DNA of 48,460 nt from contig CAZBOK010000002.1 in NCBI GenBank assembly GCA_964493525.1, positions 1 through 48,460 on the forward strand. Direction: 5' to 3'. Position numbers and translations under genes: made by a program. Origin of the DNA: an uncultured Phycisphaeraceae bacterium (GTDB taxonomy: Bacteria > Planctomycetota > B15-G4 > JADJEK01). Below, in pieces: positions 17,032-25,343 of the stretch (positions are counted from its first letter, which is position 1; each line of letters opens with the position of its first letter). The notes beneath the pieces are model-generated. The model searched no databases, had not been told where the DNA came from, and was given only the letters and a program-made list of their open reading frames with translations.

Positions 17032-18729
17032 ATGGCCGAGCAGAACCAGTCCTCCGAGATCATCTTCACCGTCCACGGCCTGCGGAAAGGCTACGCGGGC
17101 AAGGAAGTCCTGAACGGGCTCACGCTCTCGTTCCTGCGCGGCGCGAAGATCGGCGTGATCGGCCCGAACGGCGCCGGCAAGTCGACCCTGCTCCGGATCC
17201 TCGCCGGGCAGGACAAGGAGTTCGACGGCACGGTGCAGCCGTTGCCGGGTCTGACGATCGGCTACGTGCCGCAGGAGCCTGTCCTCGATCCGAAGTCGAC
17301 CGTCGGAGACTGCGTCGACCAGGGCGTCGCGGCGACCCGCAACCGGATCCGCGAGTTCGAGGCCGTCTCGGCGAAGCTCGGCGATTCGCTGCCGGACGCC
17401 GAGATGGATCGATTGATGGCGCGCATGACCGCGCTGCAGGAAGCGATCGACGCGGAGGACGGCTGGGAAGTCGACCGTAAAGTCGAGCAGGCGATGATGG
17501 CGCTGCGCACTCCGCCGAAGGAGGCGTTGATCGGCCCGCTGTCGGGCGGCGAGAAGCGCCGCGTCGCGCTGTGCCGCCAACTGCTCGAGCACCCGGATCT
17601 CCTGCTGCTCGACGAGCCCACGAACCACCTCGACGCCGACACGGTGCTGTGGCTCGAGCGCCACTTGAAGGAGTACCCGGGCGCGGTCTTCCTCGTCACG
17701 CACGACCGCTACTTCCTCGACAACGTCGTGGGTTGGATGCTCGAGATCGAGCGCGGCGGCTCGCGGCCGTACAAGGGGAACTACTCGGCCTACCTCGAGC
17801 AGCGCGCCGAGATCGAGCGCGTCGAGAAGCGGCAGGACGACGAGCGCGCGAAGCTCATTGCGCGCGAGCTCGAGTGGATCCGGCAGAACGCGAAGGGCCG
17901 CACGGTGAAGAGCAAGGCGCGCATCGCGCGCTACGAGGAGCTCGTCGACGCCGACAAGAAGTCGGCGACGTCCGACTTCAAGCTGCGCATCCCGTTCTCG
18001 AAGCGGCTCGGCGACAAGGTGATCGCGGTGCGCGAGCTGAAGAAGAGCTTCGGCGACCGCGTGCTCTTCGATCACCTGACGTTCGACCTGCCGCCCGGCG
18101 CGATCCTCGGCGTCGTCGGCCCGAACGGCACCGGCAAGACCACGCTGATGCGCATGCTGGTCGGCCAGGAGAAACCGGACTCCGGCGAGATCGAGCGCGG
18201 CGAGTCGGTCGACCTCTGCTACCTCGACCAGAGCCGCGACCAGCTCGACCCGAAGAAGTCGGTGTACGACACGGTCACCGGCGGCAAGGACATCGTGAAG
18301 GTCGGCGCGAGCGAAGTGAACGGCCGCGCCTATCTCGCGCGCTTCAACTTCAAGGGCGGCGATCAGGCGCGCCCGGTCGGCGAGCTGTCGGGCGGCGAGC
18401 GCAATCGCCTGCAGATGGCGAAGATGCTCATGCGCGGCGGCAACGTCATCCTGCTCGATGAGCCGACCAACGACCTCGACCTGATGACGCTGCGCGTGCT
18501 CGAGGAAGCGCTCCTCGATTTCCCGGGCGTCGTGATCGTCGTCACGCACGACCGCTACTTCCTCGACCGCATCGCAACGCACGTACTGCACTTCGGCGGC
18601 GACGGCGACGTCGAGTTCCACCCCGGCAACTTCGAGAGCTGGCGCGAATACCAGGCGAAGAAGCGCGTCGAGGCCGGCCTGTCGGCCGAGGACAAGAAGG
18701 GCCCGCACCGCAAGTTCAGCGGGAGCTGA
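17032..18729 (+). CDS. ettA: ABC-F ATPase, energy-dependent translational throttle protein EttA
   Basis: Two ABC cassettes with no TM segments. It is collinear with E. coli EttA (GPNGAGKSTLLRI, LSGGEKRRVALCRQLL, THDRYFLDNVVGW, ARYEEL, ELSGGERNRLQMAKML). Confidence 0.95.
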   Translation: MAEQNQSSEIIFTVHGLRKGYAGKEVLNGLTLSFLRGAKIGVIGPNGAGKSTLLRILAGQDKEFDGTVQPLPGLTIGYVPQEPVLDPKSTVGDCVDQGVAATRNRIREFEAVSAKLGDSLPDAEMDRLMARMTALQEAIDAEDGWEVDRKVEQAMMALRTPPKEALIGPLSGGEKRRVALCRQLLEHPDLLLLDEPTNHLDADTVLWLERHLKEYPGAVFLVTHDRYFLDNVVGWMLEIERGGSRPYKGNYSAYLEQRAEIERVEKRQDDERAKLIARELEWIRQNAKGRTVKSKARIARYEELVDADKKSATSDFKLRIPFSKRLGDKVIAVRELKKSFGDRVLFDHLTFDLPPGAILGVVGPNGTGKTTLMRMLVGQEKPDSGEIERGESVDLCYLDQSRDQLDPKKSVYDTVTGGKDIVKVGASEVNGRAYLARFNFKGGDQARPVGELSGGERNRLQMAKMLMRGGNVILLDEPTNDLDLMTLRVLEEALLDFPGVVIVVTHDRYFLDRIATHVLHFGGDGDVEFHPGNFESWREYQAKKRVEAGLSAEDKKGPHRKFSGS

Positions 18730-18769
18730 CCCCGACCCCGGCCCGCGCGAGCGGACCACGGAGCAACCG

Positions 18770-19417
18770 ATGCCCGATCTCTACTCACGCCTCTCCAAGT
18801 CCGACGCCGCGGTGCTGCTGGTCGACCACCAGGCGGGGCTGCTCTCGCTGGTGCGCGACTTCGGGCCGGACGAGTTCAAGAACAACGTGCTCGCGCTCGC
18901 CGACCTCGCGAAGTACTTCGAGCTGCCGACGATCCTCACCACGAGCTTCGAGACCGGGCCGAACGGACCGCTGATGCCGGAGCTGAAGGCGCTGTTCCCG
19001 AACGCGCCCTACATCCCGCGGCCGGGGCAGATCAACGCGTGGGACAACGCCGACTTCGTGAAGGCGGTGAAGGCGACCGGCAAGCAGCAGTTGATCGTCG
19101 CCGGCGTGGTGACCGAAGTGTGCGTCGCGTTCCCGGTGTTGTCGGCGATCGAAGCCGGGTATCAGACGTTCGTCGTCACCGATGCATCGGGCACGTTCAA
19201 TCCCGTCACGCGCGACGCGGCGTGGGATCGCATGTCGCGCGCGGGCGCGCAGCTCATGAACTGGTTCGGCGTCGCGTGCGAACTGCACCGCGACTGGCGG
19301 AACGACGTCGAGGGACTCGGGACGCTCTTCGCGAACCACATCCCCGACTACCGCAACCTCATGACGAGCTTCGCGGCGATGAACGCGGCGAAGGACGGCA
19401 AGCGCGCGAAGAAGTGA
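18770..19417 (+). CDS. ycaC: isochorismatase-family hydrolase, YcaC type
   Basis: AAVLLVDHQAGLLSLVRD, LPTILTTS, GVVTEVCVAFP, VVTDASGTF and WFGVACELHRDWRND closely match my recollection of E. coli YcaC. Confidence 0.85.
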   Translation: MPDLYSRLSKSDAAVLLVDHQAGLLSLVRDFGPDEFKNNVLALADLAKYFELPTILTTSFETGPNGPLMPELKALFPNAPYIPRPGQINAWDNADFVKAVKATGKQQLIVAGVVTEVCVAFPVLSAIEAGYQTFVVTDASGTFNPVTRDAAWDRMSRAGAQLMNWFGVACELHRDWRNDVEGLGTLFANHIPDYRNLMTSFAAMNAAKDGKRAKK

Positions 19418-19429
19418 GCGGGGAGGTCA

Positions 19430-19447
19430 GTGACCGCTTCCGGTCAC
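19430..19447 (+). terminator. 7-bp hairpin GTGACCG-CTTC-CGGTCAC followed by a T-rich stretch; candidate terminator between convergent genes
   Basis: Stem read directly from the sequence. It starts 13 nt after the ycaC-like stop. Confidence 0.35.
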
Positions 19448-19552
19448 GCCCTTCTTCTTGAAGCAGCACATCGGTGTCGATCCACGGAGCGCGTCGGGGC
19501 GGGCCAGCGCGCTGCTGCATCAGACGCGGGTCGATCGCGGGATGTTCCCCGG

Positions 19553-20731
19553 TCAGTCGGTCGGTTTCGCGCCGGTCTCGATGTCGAAGAAGAGCAGGAA
19601 GCGATGGTGGCTCTCGTGTCCGTCGGTCGACCATCCGTAGAGGATCGGATGGTCGAACAGCGACGGCAGCAGTTGGAACGACGCGCGGCCGTTCGGTGAA
19701 GCGCCCGTCGACATCAACCACGACCACAGCAGGTCGAACGACCAGCCGGCCGACGCGGTGTCGTCCCACGAGATCGTCTGCAGCAAGAGCGCGAGCGAAT
19801 GCGCGTCGTTGTAGCCGCGCCACTGGATCACCCACGGGATCATGAAGTCCGTCGCGCGATCCTCGTTCTGCCCGTCGGCGACGAACGATCGCACGCGCAT
19901 CGCCTTCACCCAACGCTTCGCACCGAGCTCGTAGCCGCGCTCCTTCAGGCGCTGCTCGAGCCCCGGCATGTGCGCGGCGCCCCACGGCATCGCGACCCGC
20001 TTCACGGAGGGGTCGCGGATCGTCTCGTCGTAATGCTGCATCAATCGGTCGTTCCGCGCGTCGAGCACGCCCGGGAGCAGAAGGTCCACGTCGTCGCCCT
20101 CGTCGTCGTCGTCCGACGACAGGATCTGCGCGAACAGGTGCCGATCCCACTCGTGGAACGAGGTCTGGTGACCGACCGCGAGGTACCCCATGCGGCCGAC
20201 CCAGGCCACGGCGTTCCAGGTCTCGAGGCCCACGATCGCGAACGGCAGCAACACCGTCTGCGTGATCGGCGCCCACCACGGCATCTGCGACGAGAACTCC
20301 GCGCGCGTCATGTCGCCGCGCCGCTGGTTCGGACGCCACGCGAACCCCTCGTGCTGCTCCGTCATCCCGCCGTGCGCGGCGAAGCGCCCGTAATTCGCGA
20401 ACAGGTAGGACGTGAAGGCGTGAGTCGGCGACAGGTTCGCGTCCGCACCGACGCCCTCCATCAACACCACGTCGGCCTTGTCGCACTCCGCCTGCACGTC
20501 CCTGTAGAAGGCGGCATCGCCGATGTGGATCATCGGGATCAGCACCACGGTCCGCCCCGACTTCGGGTCGGTCATCTCCGTGAAGCGCATCTGCATGTCG
20601 CCGACCTTGTCCTCGTCGCCGGTGTAGACCTCGTACTTGTCGTCGGGGAACTTCTCCTCAATCGGATCGAAGCACGCGATGCAGGACGGGAGAGCGACGA
20701 GCGCGGCGAGCGCGAAGTGCGTGGGTCTCAT
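19553..20731 (-). CDS. exported (possibly lipo-) protein, TraB/GumN-like family
   Basis: The N-terminal signal ends in LPSC. VVLIPMIHIGDAAFY...ADVVLMEGV and MPWGAAHMPGLEQRLKERGY resemble the two conserved blocks of the TraB/PrgY/GumN family. Confidence 0.7.
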   Translation of the reverse strand: MRPTHFALAALVALPSCIACFDPIEEKFPDDKYEVYTGDEDKVGDMQMRFTEMTDPKSGRTVVLIPMIHIGDAAFYRDVQAECDKADVVLMEGVGADANLSPTHAFTSYLFANYGRFAAHGGMTEQHEGFAWRPNQRRGDMTRAEFSSQMPWWAPITQTVLLPFAIVGLETWNAVAWVGRMGYLAVGHQTSFHEWDRHLFAQILSSDDDDEGDDVDLLLPGVLDARNDRLMQHYDETIRDPSVKRVAMPWGAAHMPGLEQRLKERGYELGAKRWVKAMRVRSFVADGQNEDRATDFMIPWVIQWRGYNDAHSLALLLQTISWDDTASAGWSFDLLWSWLMSTGASPNGRASFQLLPSLFDHPILYGWSTDGHESHHRFLLFFDIETGAKPTD

Positions 20732-20798
20732 GGGTTCTTACCTACGGAATTCGCCGCGCGGATCAAAGAGCCCGCCGCGCGACGCCCGCGGAAACACG

Positions 20799-20870
20799 CA
20801 CGGGCGCGGGCGTGGGCGCGTGCCCGCGCACCGGCACGCGCACGTGCCCGTGCGTGTGCCCGCGCGACCG
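20799..20870. repeat. degenerate 12-nt-periodic GC-rich repeat array (CACGGGCGCGGG CGTGGGCGCGTG CCCGCGCACCGG CACGCGCACGTG CCCGTGCGTGTG CCCGCGCGACCG)
   Basis: Six tandem 12-mers read directly from the sequence in the divergent promoter region. They share the CCCGCGCAC / GTGCCCG core with 939-958 and 1092-1145. Confidence 0.45.
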
Positions 20871-20956
20871 CGTCTCCCGGGAGAAAGGTTCCATTGGCCG
20901 GGAACCGCGGGGACACTCTTTCATTGGCGCCGCCCTTCGAAAACGGAGGCATCGAC

Positions 20957-21781
20957 ATGGCTCGACGAAGCGACGCGTTCTGGTTCGGGGCCCTGGTGTG
21001 GTCGATCGGCGCGATGTGCAGCGGGATCGCGCGCGCGGACCTCGTGTCTCCGCACGAGCGCCGCGAGCCGAGGGGGGCGTCGCGGTCCGACGTCATCATC
21101 GACGCCGGCAAGCTCGCGAATCGTGTGGCGGAGCGGTACCGCATCGTGAAGGGCGACACGATCGAGAGCATCGCGAAGAAGCATCTCGGCGACGCGGGCC
21201 TGGTGCCGGCGATCCGCGCGCTGAACCCTGAGATCGACGGGGACACGATCATTGCGGGTCAATTCCTGCGCTTGCCGCCGAAGGCGCTCGCCGCCGCCGC
21301 GACGCCCGTCAACAAGGAAACGATCGACGCGCTCATCGGGAAGGTGCTGACGCTGTGGACCGCGCGGCGCCCGAACGGCGCGCTCGAGGCGGTGCTGCCG
21401 GATCAGCCGCTGGTCGATTGTCGATCGGTCGCCGTGTTCGCGATCCCGGGCGATCGGCTCGCGACGTTCCTGACCGCCGAACATCGCTTCACGATCCGTT
21501 ACGAGGGGGCGAAGGACGATGCGGCCGTCGCGCGCACCGAGTTCCTGACGACGTCCCCCACGATCGACGACGCGGGGCTGATCGTCGCCGTCACGCTGAA
21601 GCTCGCGTCGATCGAAGGACAGAAGTTGACCGTCGAGGAGTCGCGCGCGACGAAAGGTCGGCTCGGCGCGGGGTCGACGTCGATCGTCCTTCCCGGCGCG
21701 GCCGCGGCGGCGGCGGCCCTCTTCCTCGCGCTGCTCGCGATCGCCCGGAGCCGGCGCGCTCCGCAGCCGGTGGCCGCCTGA
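20957..21781 (+). CDS. secreted LysM-domain protein with a C-terminal TM anchor and basic tail
   Basis: GGAGG RBS and a signal peptide. LysM block YRIVKGDTIESIAKKHLGDAGLVPAIRALNPEIDGDTIIAGQFLRLP. C-terminus is VLPGAAAAAAALFLALLAIARSRRAPQPVAA. Confidence 0.8.
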   Translation: MARRSDAFWFGALVWSIGAMCSGIARADLVSPHERREPRGASRSDVIIDAGKLANRVAERYRIVKGDTIESIAKKHLGDAGLVPAIRALNPEIDGDTIIAGQFLRLPPKALAAAATPVNKETIDALIGKVLTLWTARRPNGALEAVLPDQPLVDCRSVAVFAIPGDRLATFLTAEHRFTIRYEGAKDDAAVARTEFLTTSPTIDDAGLIVAVTLKLASIEGQKLTVEESRATKGRLGAGSTSIVLPGAAAAAAALFLALLAIARSRRAPQPVAA

Positions 21782-21782
21782 C

Positions 21783-22766
21783 GTGGACGCGCGCGCCCCG
21801 TTGCCGGTGCAGTCGATGCCGTCGAGCGGCGCGATCGCGGCGTTCGCCGCCGCGGCGGCCGTGCTGTCGGCCGCGTTCCCGTTGCCGGTCTACCTCGTCA
21901 CGCTCGCCGCGTTCGGGCTCGCGCACGTCGTCACCGAATTGCGGTACCTCGACGTGCGGTTCGCCGGACGCTGGCCGATGCGCACCGTCCTGCCGCTGTT
22001 CGCCCTGCTCTCCGCGGTCGTCGTGCTGCGCGCCGCGCTCGTCGCGGGCTCGATCTCCGCCGCGGTCGAGCGGCCGATCGAGCTGCTCCTCGTCGCGGCG
22101 CTCGCGCTCGTCGCTCTGCCCGTGCTCGCACGCGGCGGGCTGCTGCGCGGCGCGGTCGGGCTCGCGCTCGTTCTCGTGCCGCTCGCCGGCGCATGGATCG
22201 ATCCCGCGACCGCGCTGGTCGCGTTCGCCGTGCTCCACAACGTGACCCCGGCGCTGTTCGTCGCGGAGCGCGTGGACTCGCGCGAACCGGCCGAGCGAAG
22301 GCGCGGTCTCGCGGCGAGCGTCGCGTGCTTCGGAGTCGCACCGCTCGTCGTTGCGCTTGCCGCACGCGCACTCGCACACGGAGCGACGATCGACTCCAAC
22401 CACGTCGTCGCGTTCGTGCCGCGCGCGTGGATCGACACGTCGATCGCGCTGCCCTTGTTCGCGGCGGCGACTTACCTGCAGTGCATGCATTACGGCGCCG
22501 TCCTGCTCGTCCTGCCGCGGCTGGCTCGCGGAAGGACGCCGCGGGTGCGCACGATCGTTCGCTGGCCCGCGCCGCGCTCGTTCGTCGCGCTGGTCGCGAT
22601 CGCGTCGCTCGCGCTGGCGCCGTGGTACCTGCGATCGTTCGGCGACGCGCGGGCCGCGTACGGAGTGCTGGCGTCGGTCCACGCGTGGATCGAGATCCCG
22701 ATCCTCCTGCTCGCGCTCGGCGCCGCGCGCGCTCCGCTCGCCCGGCCGGCGCTCGCGACGTCGTGA
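21783..22766 (+). CDS. polytopic (about 9 TM) integral membrane protein, unknown function
   Basis: GTG start 1 nt after the LysM stop (alternative ATG at 21816). Hydrophobic helices carry intramembrane His residues (LAHVVTEL, VLHNVTP, CMHYGAV, SVHAWIE) and a Cys in ACFGV. Confidence 0.7.
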   Translation: MDARAPLPVQSMPSSGAIAAFAAAAAVLSAAFPLPVYLVTLAAFGLAHVVTELRYLDVRFAGRWPMRTVLPLFALLSAVVVLRAALVAGSISAAVERPIELLLVAALALVALPVLARGGLLRGAVGLALVLVPLAGAWIDPATALVAFAVLHNVTPALFVAERVDSREPAERRRGLAASVACFGVAPLVVALAARALAHGATIDSNHVVAFVPRAWIDTSIALPLFAAATYLQCMHYGAVLLVLPRLARGRTPRVRTIVRWPAPRSFVALVAIASLALAPWYLRSFGDARAAYGVLASVHAWIEIPILLLALGAARAPLARPALATS

Positions 22767-23089
22767 TCGATCCCGCGCTCGGCACGTTCGTGTTCACGGC
22801 GGTCGTCGAGACCGCTCTCGCGCTGCCGCGCGGACGCTTCGTCCCGTGGACGCGCGGGCTGCCGTTCTCGCGGACCTTCGTCGACGTGCCGCTCGCGAAC
22901 CTCCTCACGCAGCCGCTCGCGCAATGGCTCTACAGCGAAGGCGGCGTCGATCTGCTCTCGGTCGAGCTCGGCGTGTTCGTCGTCGAGGCGCTTGTCTACC
23001 GCTTCGTCACGCGACTTCCGTGGGGACGCGCCGCGCTCCTCTCGATCGTGCTGAACGCGGCGACGCTCGCCAGCGCGTTCGTCTGGTGA
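22763..23089 (+). CDS. small (108 aa) membrane protein, unknown function
   Basis: GTG at 22763 overlaps the upstream TGA (GTGA). It has three hydrophobic segments. The call relies on coding frame and coupling only. Confidence 0.5.
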   Translation: MIDPALGTFVFTAVVETALALPRGRFVPWTRGLPFSRTFVDVPLANLLTQPLAQWLYSEGGVDLLSVELGVFVVEALVYRFVTRLPWGRAALLSIVLNAATLASAFVW

Positions 23090-23105
23090 GGATGACGCGG
23101 CCCGC

Positions 23106-23133
23106 TTGACGTACCCGCGATCCGGGTTACATT
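23106..23133 (+). promoter_or_regulatory. candidate sigma-70-type promoter of the trp operon (TTGACG, 16-nt spacer, TACATT)
   Basis: The hexamers were read directly. The -10 element ends 10 nt before the leader ATG. Confidence 0.35.
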
Positions 23134-23143
23134 CCGCCGCGCA

Positions 23144-23242
23144 ATGTCGATCGCCTGCTCCGCCGTCACCGCCCGCGTCGCGCGCCCGCTCTCGAGCTGG
23201 CGTTGGTGGCGTCGTTCGGAGGCAGGAGCGGGAACGATCTGA
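23144..23242 (+). CDS. trpL: trp operon leader peptide (32 aa, MSIACSAVTARVARPLSSWRWWRRSEAGAGTI)
   Basis: Three Trp codons within four positions (23198-23200, 23204-23209). It sits between the promoter candidate and the attenuator hairpin, upstream of trpE. Confidence 0.6.
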   Translation: MSIACSAVTARVARPLSSWRWWRRSEAGAGTI

Positions 23243-23265
23243 CGATCGACGACTGACACACCCGC

Positions 23266-23306
23266 GCCCGCCTCCGACCGAGTCGGAGGCGGGCGTTTTC
23301 GTTTCG
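23266..23306 (+). terminator. trp attenuator: intrinsic terminator
   Basis: 12-bp perfect stem GCCCGCCTCCGA (23266-23277) / TCGGAGGCGGGC (23283-23294) followed by GTTTTCGTTTCG. It lies 41 nt upstream of the trpE ATG. An alternative pairing of 23216-23232 with 23261-23277 matches at 15 of 17 positions. Confidence 0.7.
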
Positions 23307-23346
23307 CCTCCTCCGCTCGATCCGATCCGGGCGCCTGGAGAGCGAG

Positions 23347-24729
23347 ATGCAGGCCCCATTCGACATCGCTGCCGACCTCGACACGCCGGTCTCGGCGTTC
23401 AAGAAGCTCGGTCCGCTCCGACCGAGCTTCCTGCTCGAAAGCGTGGAGGGCGGCGAGCGCATCGGCCGCTACTCGTTCATCGGGTTCGGCGAAGCGCTCG
23501 AGTTCGAGCTTCGCGCACCGCCGTCGACGCCGCGCTCGCCGAGTGAAGTCGATGCCTCGCGCGCCGCGACGCTGGAGACGCTGCGGGGATTCCTCGAGCG
23601 CGCGCCGCGCTTCGACCCGGTCGGCGCGCCGCCGGTTCCGTTCCGCGGCGGCCTCGTCGGATGGACCGGTTACGACGTCGCGCGCCTCCTCGAGCGCCTG
23701 CCCGCCGCAAGGCACCCGTCGGGCGCGCCGCTCGCCGAGTACGTCGCGCCGAGTTCGGTGCTCGTCTTCGACCACCTGACTCGTCGCGTCGCGCTCCTGC
23801 ACTCGGGCAACGACCGCGAACGTCTCGCGTTGCGCGGCGAAGTCGTGCGCCTCCTGGCCGGCCCGGTGCCGCCGCGACGCGCATCGACGGCGCACGCCGC
23901 GATGACGCCGAGCCTCGACCGCCCGGCCTTCCTGGCGGCGGTCGCGCGTGCGCGCGAATGGATCGCGCAGGGCGATCTGTTCCAGCTCGTGCTGTCGGTC
24001 CGGTTTGCGGGCGCGTGCGACGCCGACCCGTTCGAGGTGTACCGCGCGCTGCGACTGCTGAATCCGTCGCCTTACCTCTACTTCCTGTCGTTCCGCGGCC
24101 GATCGATCATCGGCTCGTCGCCGGAAGCGCTCGTCACGCTCTCGGGTCGGCGCGCGTCGCTGCGGCCGATCGCGGGCACGCGACGGCGCGGCGTGGGCGC
24201 GGCGGAGGACGCGGCGCTCGAGCGCGAGCTCCTCGCCGATCCGAAGGAGACGGCGGAGCACGTGATGCTCGTCGACCTCGCGCGGAACGACCTCGGGCGG
24301 GTCGCGACGCCGGGGTCGATCGTGGTGCAGCCGTTCCGTTCGGTCGAGCGCTACAGCCACGTGATGCATCTCGTGAGCGGCGTGAACGGGATCCTTGCGC
24401 CGGAGCACGACGCGTTCGACCTCTTCGCGTCCGCGTTCCCGGCCGGCACGGTCGTCGGCGCGCCGAAAGTGCGCGCGATGGAACGCATCGACGAGACCGA
24501 ACCGGTCGCGCGCGGCGTGTACGCGGGAACGGTCGGGTACTTCGGGCACGGCGGAGTCGCGGACCAAGCCATCGCGATCCGCACCGTCGTGTTCGAAAAC
24601 GGGGAGTGCAGCTTCCAAGCAGGCGCGGGCATCGTCGCCGACAGCGAACCGGAGTCCGAGTTCGACGAGGTGCTCGCGAAGTGCTCCGCGCTCGCCGCCG
24701 CGCTGCGGCTTGCGGAGGACGGGCTGTGA
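23347..24729 (+). CDS. trpE: anthranilate synthase component I
   Basis: GGAGAG RBS. Typical TrpE blocks are present (LLESVEGGERIGRYSFIG, NPSPYLYF, GTRRRG, RNDLGRV, FPAGTVVGAPKVRAME, GAGIVADS). Confidence 0.95.
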   Translation: MQAPFDIAADLDTPVSAFKKLGPLRPSFLLESVEGGERIGRYSFIGFGEALEFELRAPPSTPRSPSEVDASRAATLETLRGFLERAPRFDPVGAPPVPFRGGLVGWTGYDVARLLERLPAARHPSGAPLAEYVAPSSVLVFDHLTRRVALLHSGNDRERLALRGEVVRLLAGPVPPRRASTAHAAMTPSLDRPAFLAAVARAREWIAQGDLFQLVLSVRFAGACDADPFEVYRALRLLNPSPYLYFLSFRGRSIIGSSPEALVTLSGRRASLRPIAGTRRRGVGAAEDAALERELLADPKETAEHVMLVDLARNDLGRVATPGSIVVQPFRSVERYSHVMHLVSGVNGILAPEHDAFDLFASAFPAGTVVGAPKVRAMERIDETEPVARGVYAGTVGYFGHGGVADQAIAIRTVVFENGECSFQAGAGIVADSEPESEFDEVLAKCSALAAALRLAEDGL

Positions 24730-25343
24730 GCGCGCTCGTCCTCCTGCTCGACAACTACGACTCGTTCACGTTCAACCTCGCGCAAGCGCTCCGCGGTCTG
24801 GGCGCGCAGGTCGCCGTGCATCGGAACGACGCGATCTCCGTCGCGGCGGCGCTGGCGTCCGCGCCGACGCACGTCGTGATCTCGCCTGGCCCCGGGCGGC
24901 CCGAGGACGCTGGAATCTCGATCGAGCTCATCGATGCGACGATCGCGCGCGTCCCGTTGCTCGGCGTCTGCCTCGGTCACCAGGCGCTCGCGCAGGCGCT
25001 CGGCGGAAGAGTCGCGCGCGCTTCGCGGCTCGTCCACGGCAAGTCGTCGCCCGTCTACCACGACGGCCGCACGCTCTACCAAGGGTTGCCGAATCCGTTC
25101 GACGCGGGTCGCTACCACTCGCTTGCGGTTCAGGAGGACGGCCTGCCGCGAACGCTGCGCGTCACGGCGTACACGTCGGAAGGCGAGATCATGGGGATCC
25201 GCCACGCGGAGCTGCCGGCGGAGGGCGTGCAGTTCCACCCCGAGAGCGTGCTGACTCCCGCGGGGGAGCGGCTGCTCAAGAACTTCCTCGACCTCGATCC
25301 GCCGTCGCGCGCGACGGACGGAGCGAACGCGGTGCTGCCATGA
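24726..25343 (+). CDS. trpG: anthranilate synthase component II (glutamine amidotransferase)
   Basis: GTGA overlap with trpE. Motifs LLLDNYDSFTFNL, PGPGRPEDAG, GVCLGHQ and QFHPES. Confidence 0.95.
   Translation: MSALVLLLDNYDSFTFNLAQALRGLGAQVAVHRNDAISVAAALASAPTHVVISPGPGRPEDAGISIELIDATIARVPLLGVCLGHQALAQALGGRVARASRLVHGKSSPVYHDGRTLYQGLPNPFDAGRYHSLAVQEDGLPRTLRVTAYTSEGEIMGIRHAELPAEGVQFHPESVLTPAGERLLKNFLDLDPPSRATDGANAVLP

Noticed and set aside
20799-20870. The 12-nt tandem repeats (also 1092..1145) as a possible CRISPR array or minisatellite-encoded peptide.
   Set aside because: The period is far too short. There are no unique spacers and no cas genes. The RARARA-type translations come from spurious frames.
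21783-22766. The polytopic His-containing membrane protein as a Brp/Blh beta-carotene dioxygenase.
   Set aside because: The characteristic PHGA.D-type motifs I recall for that family are not present, and there is no opsin or carotenoid gene context. Left as unknown.
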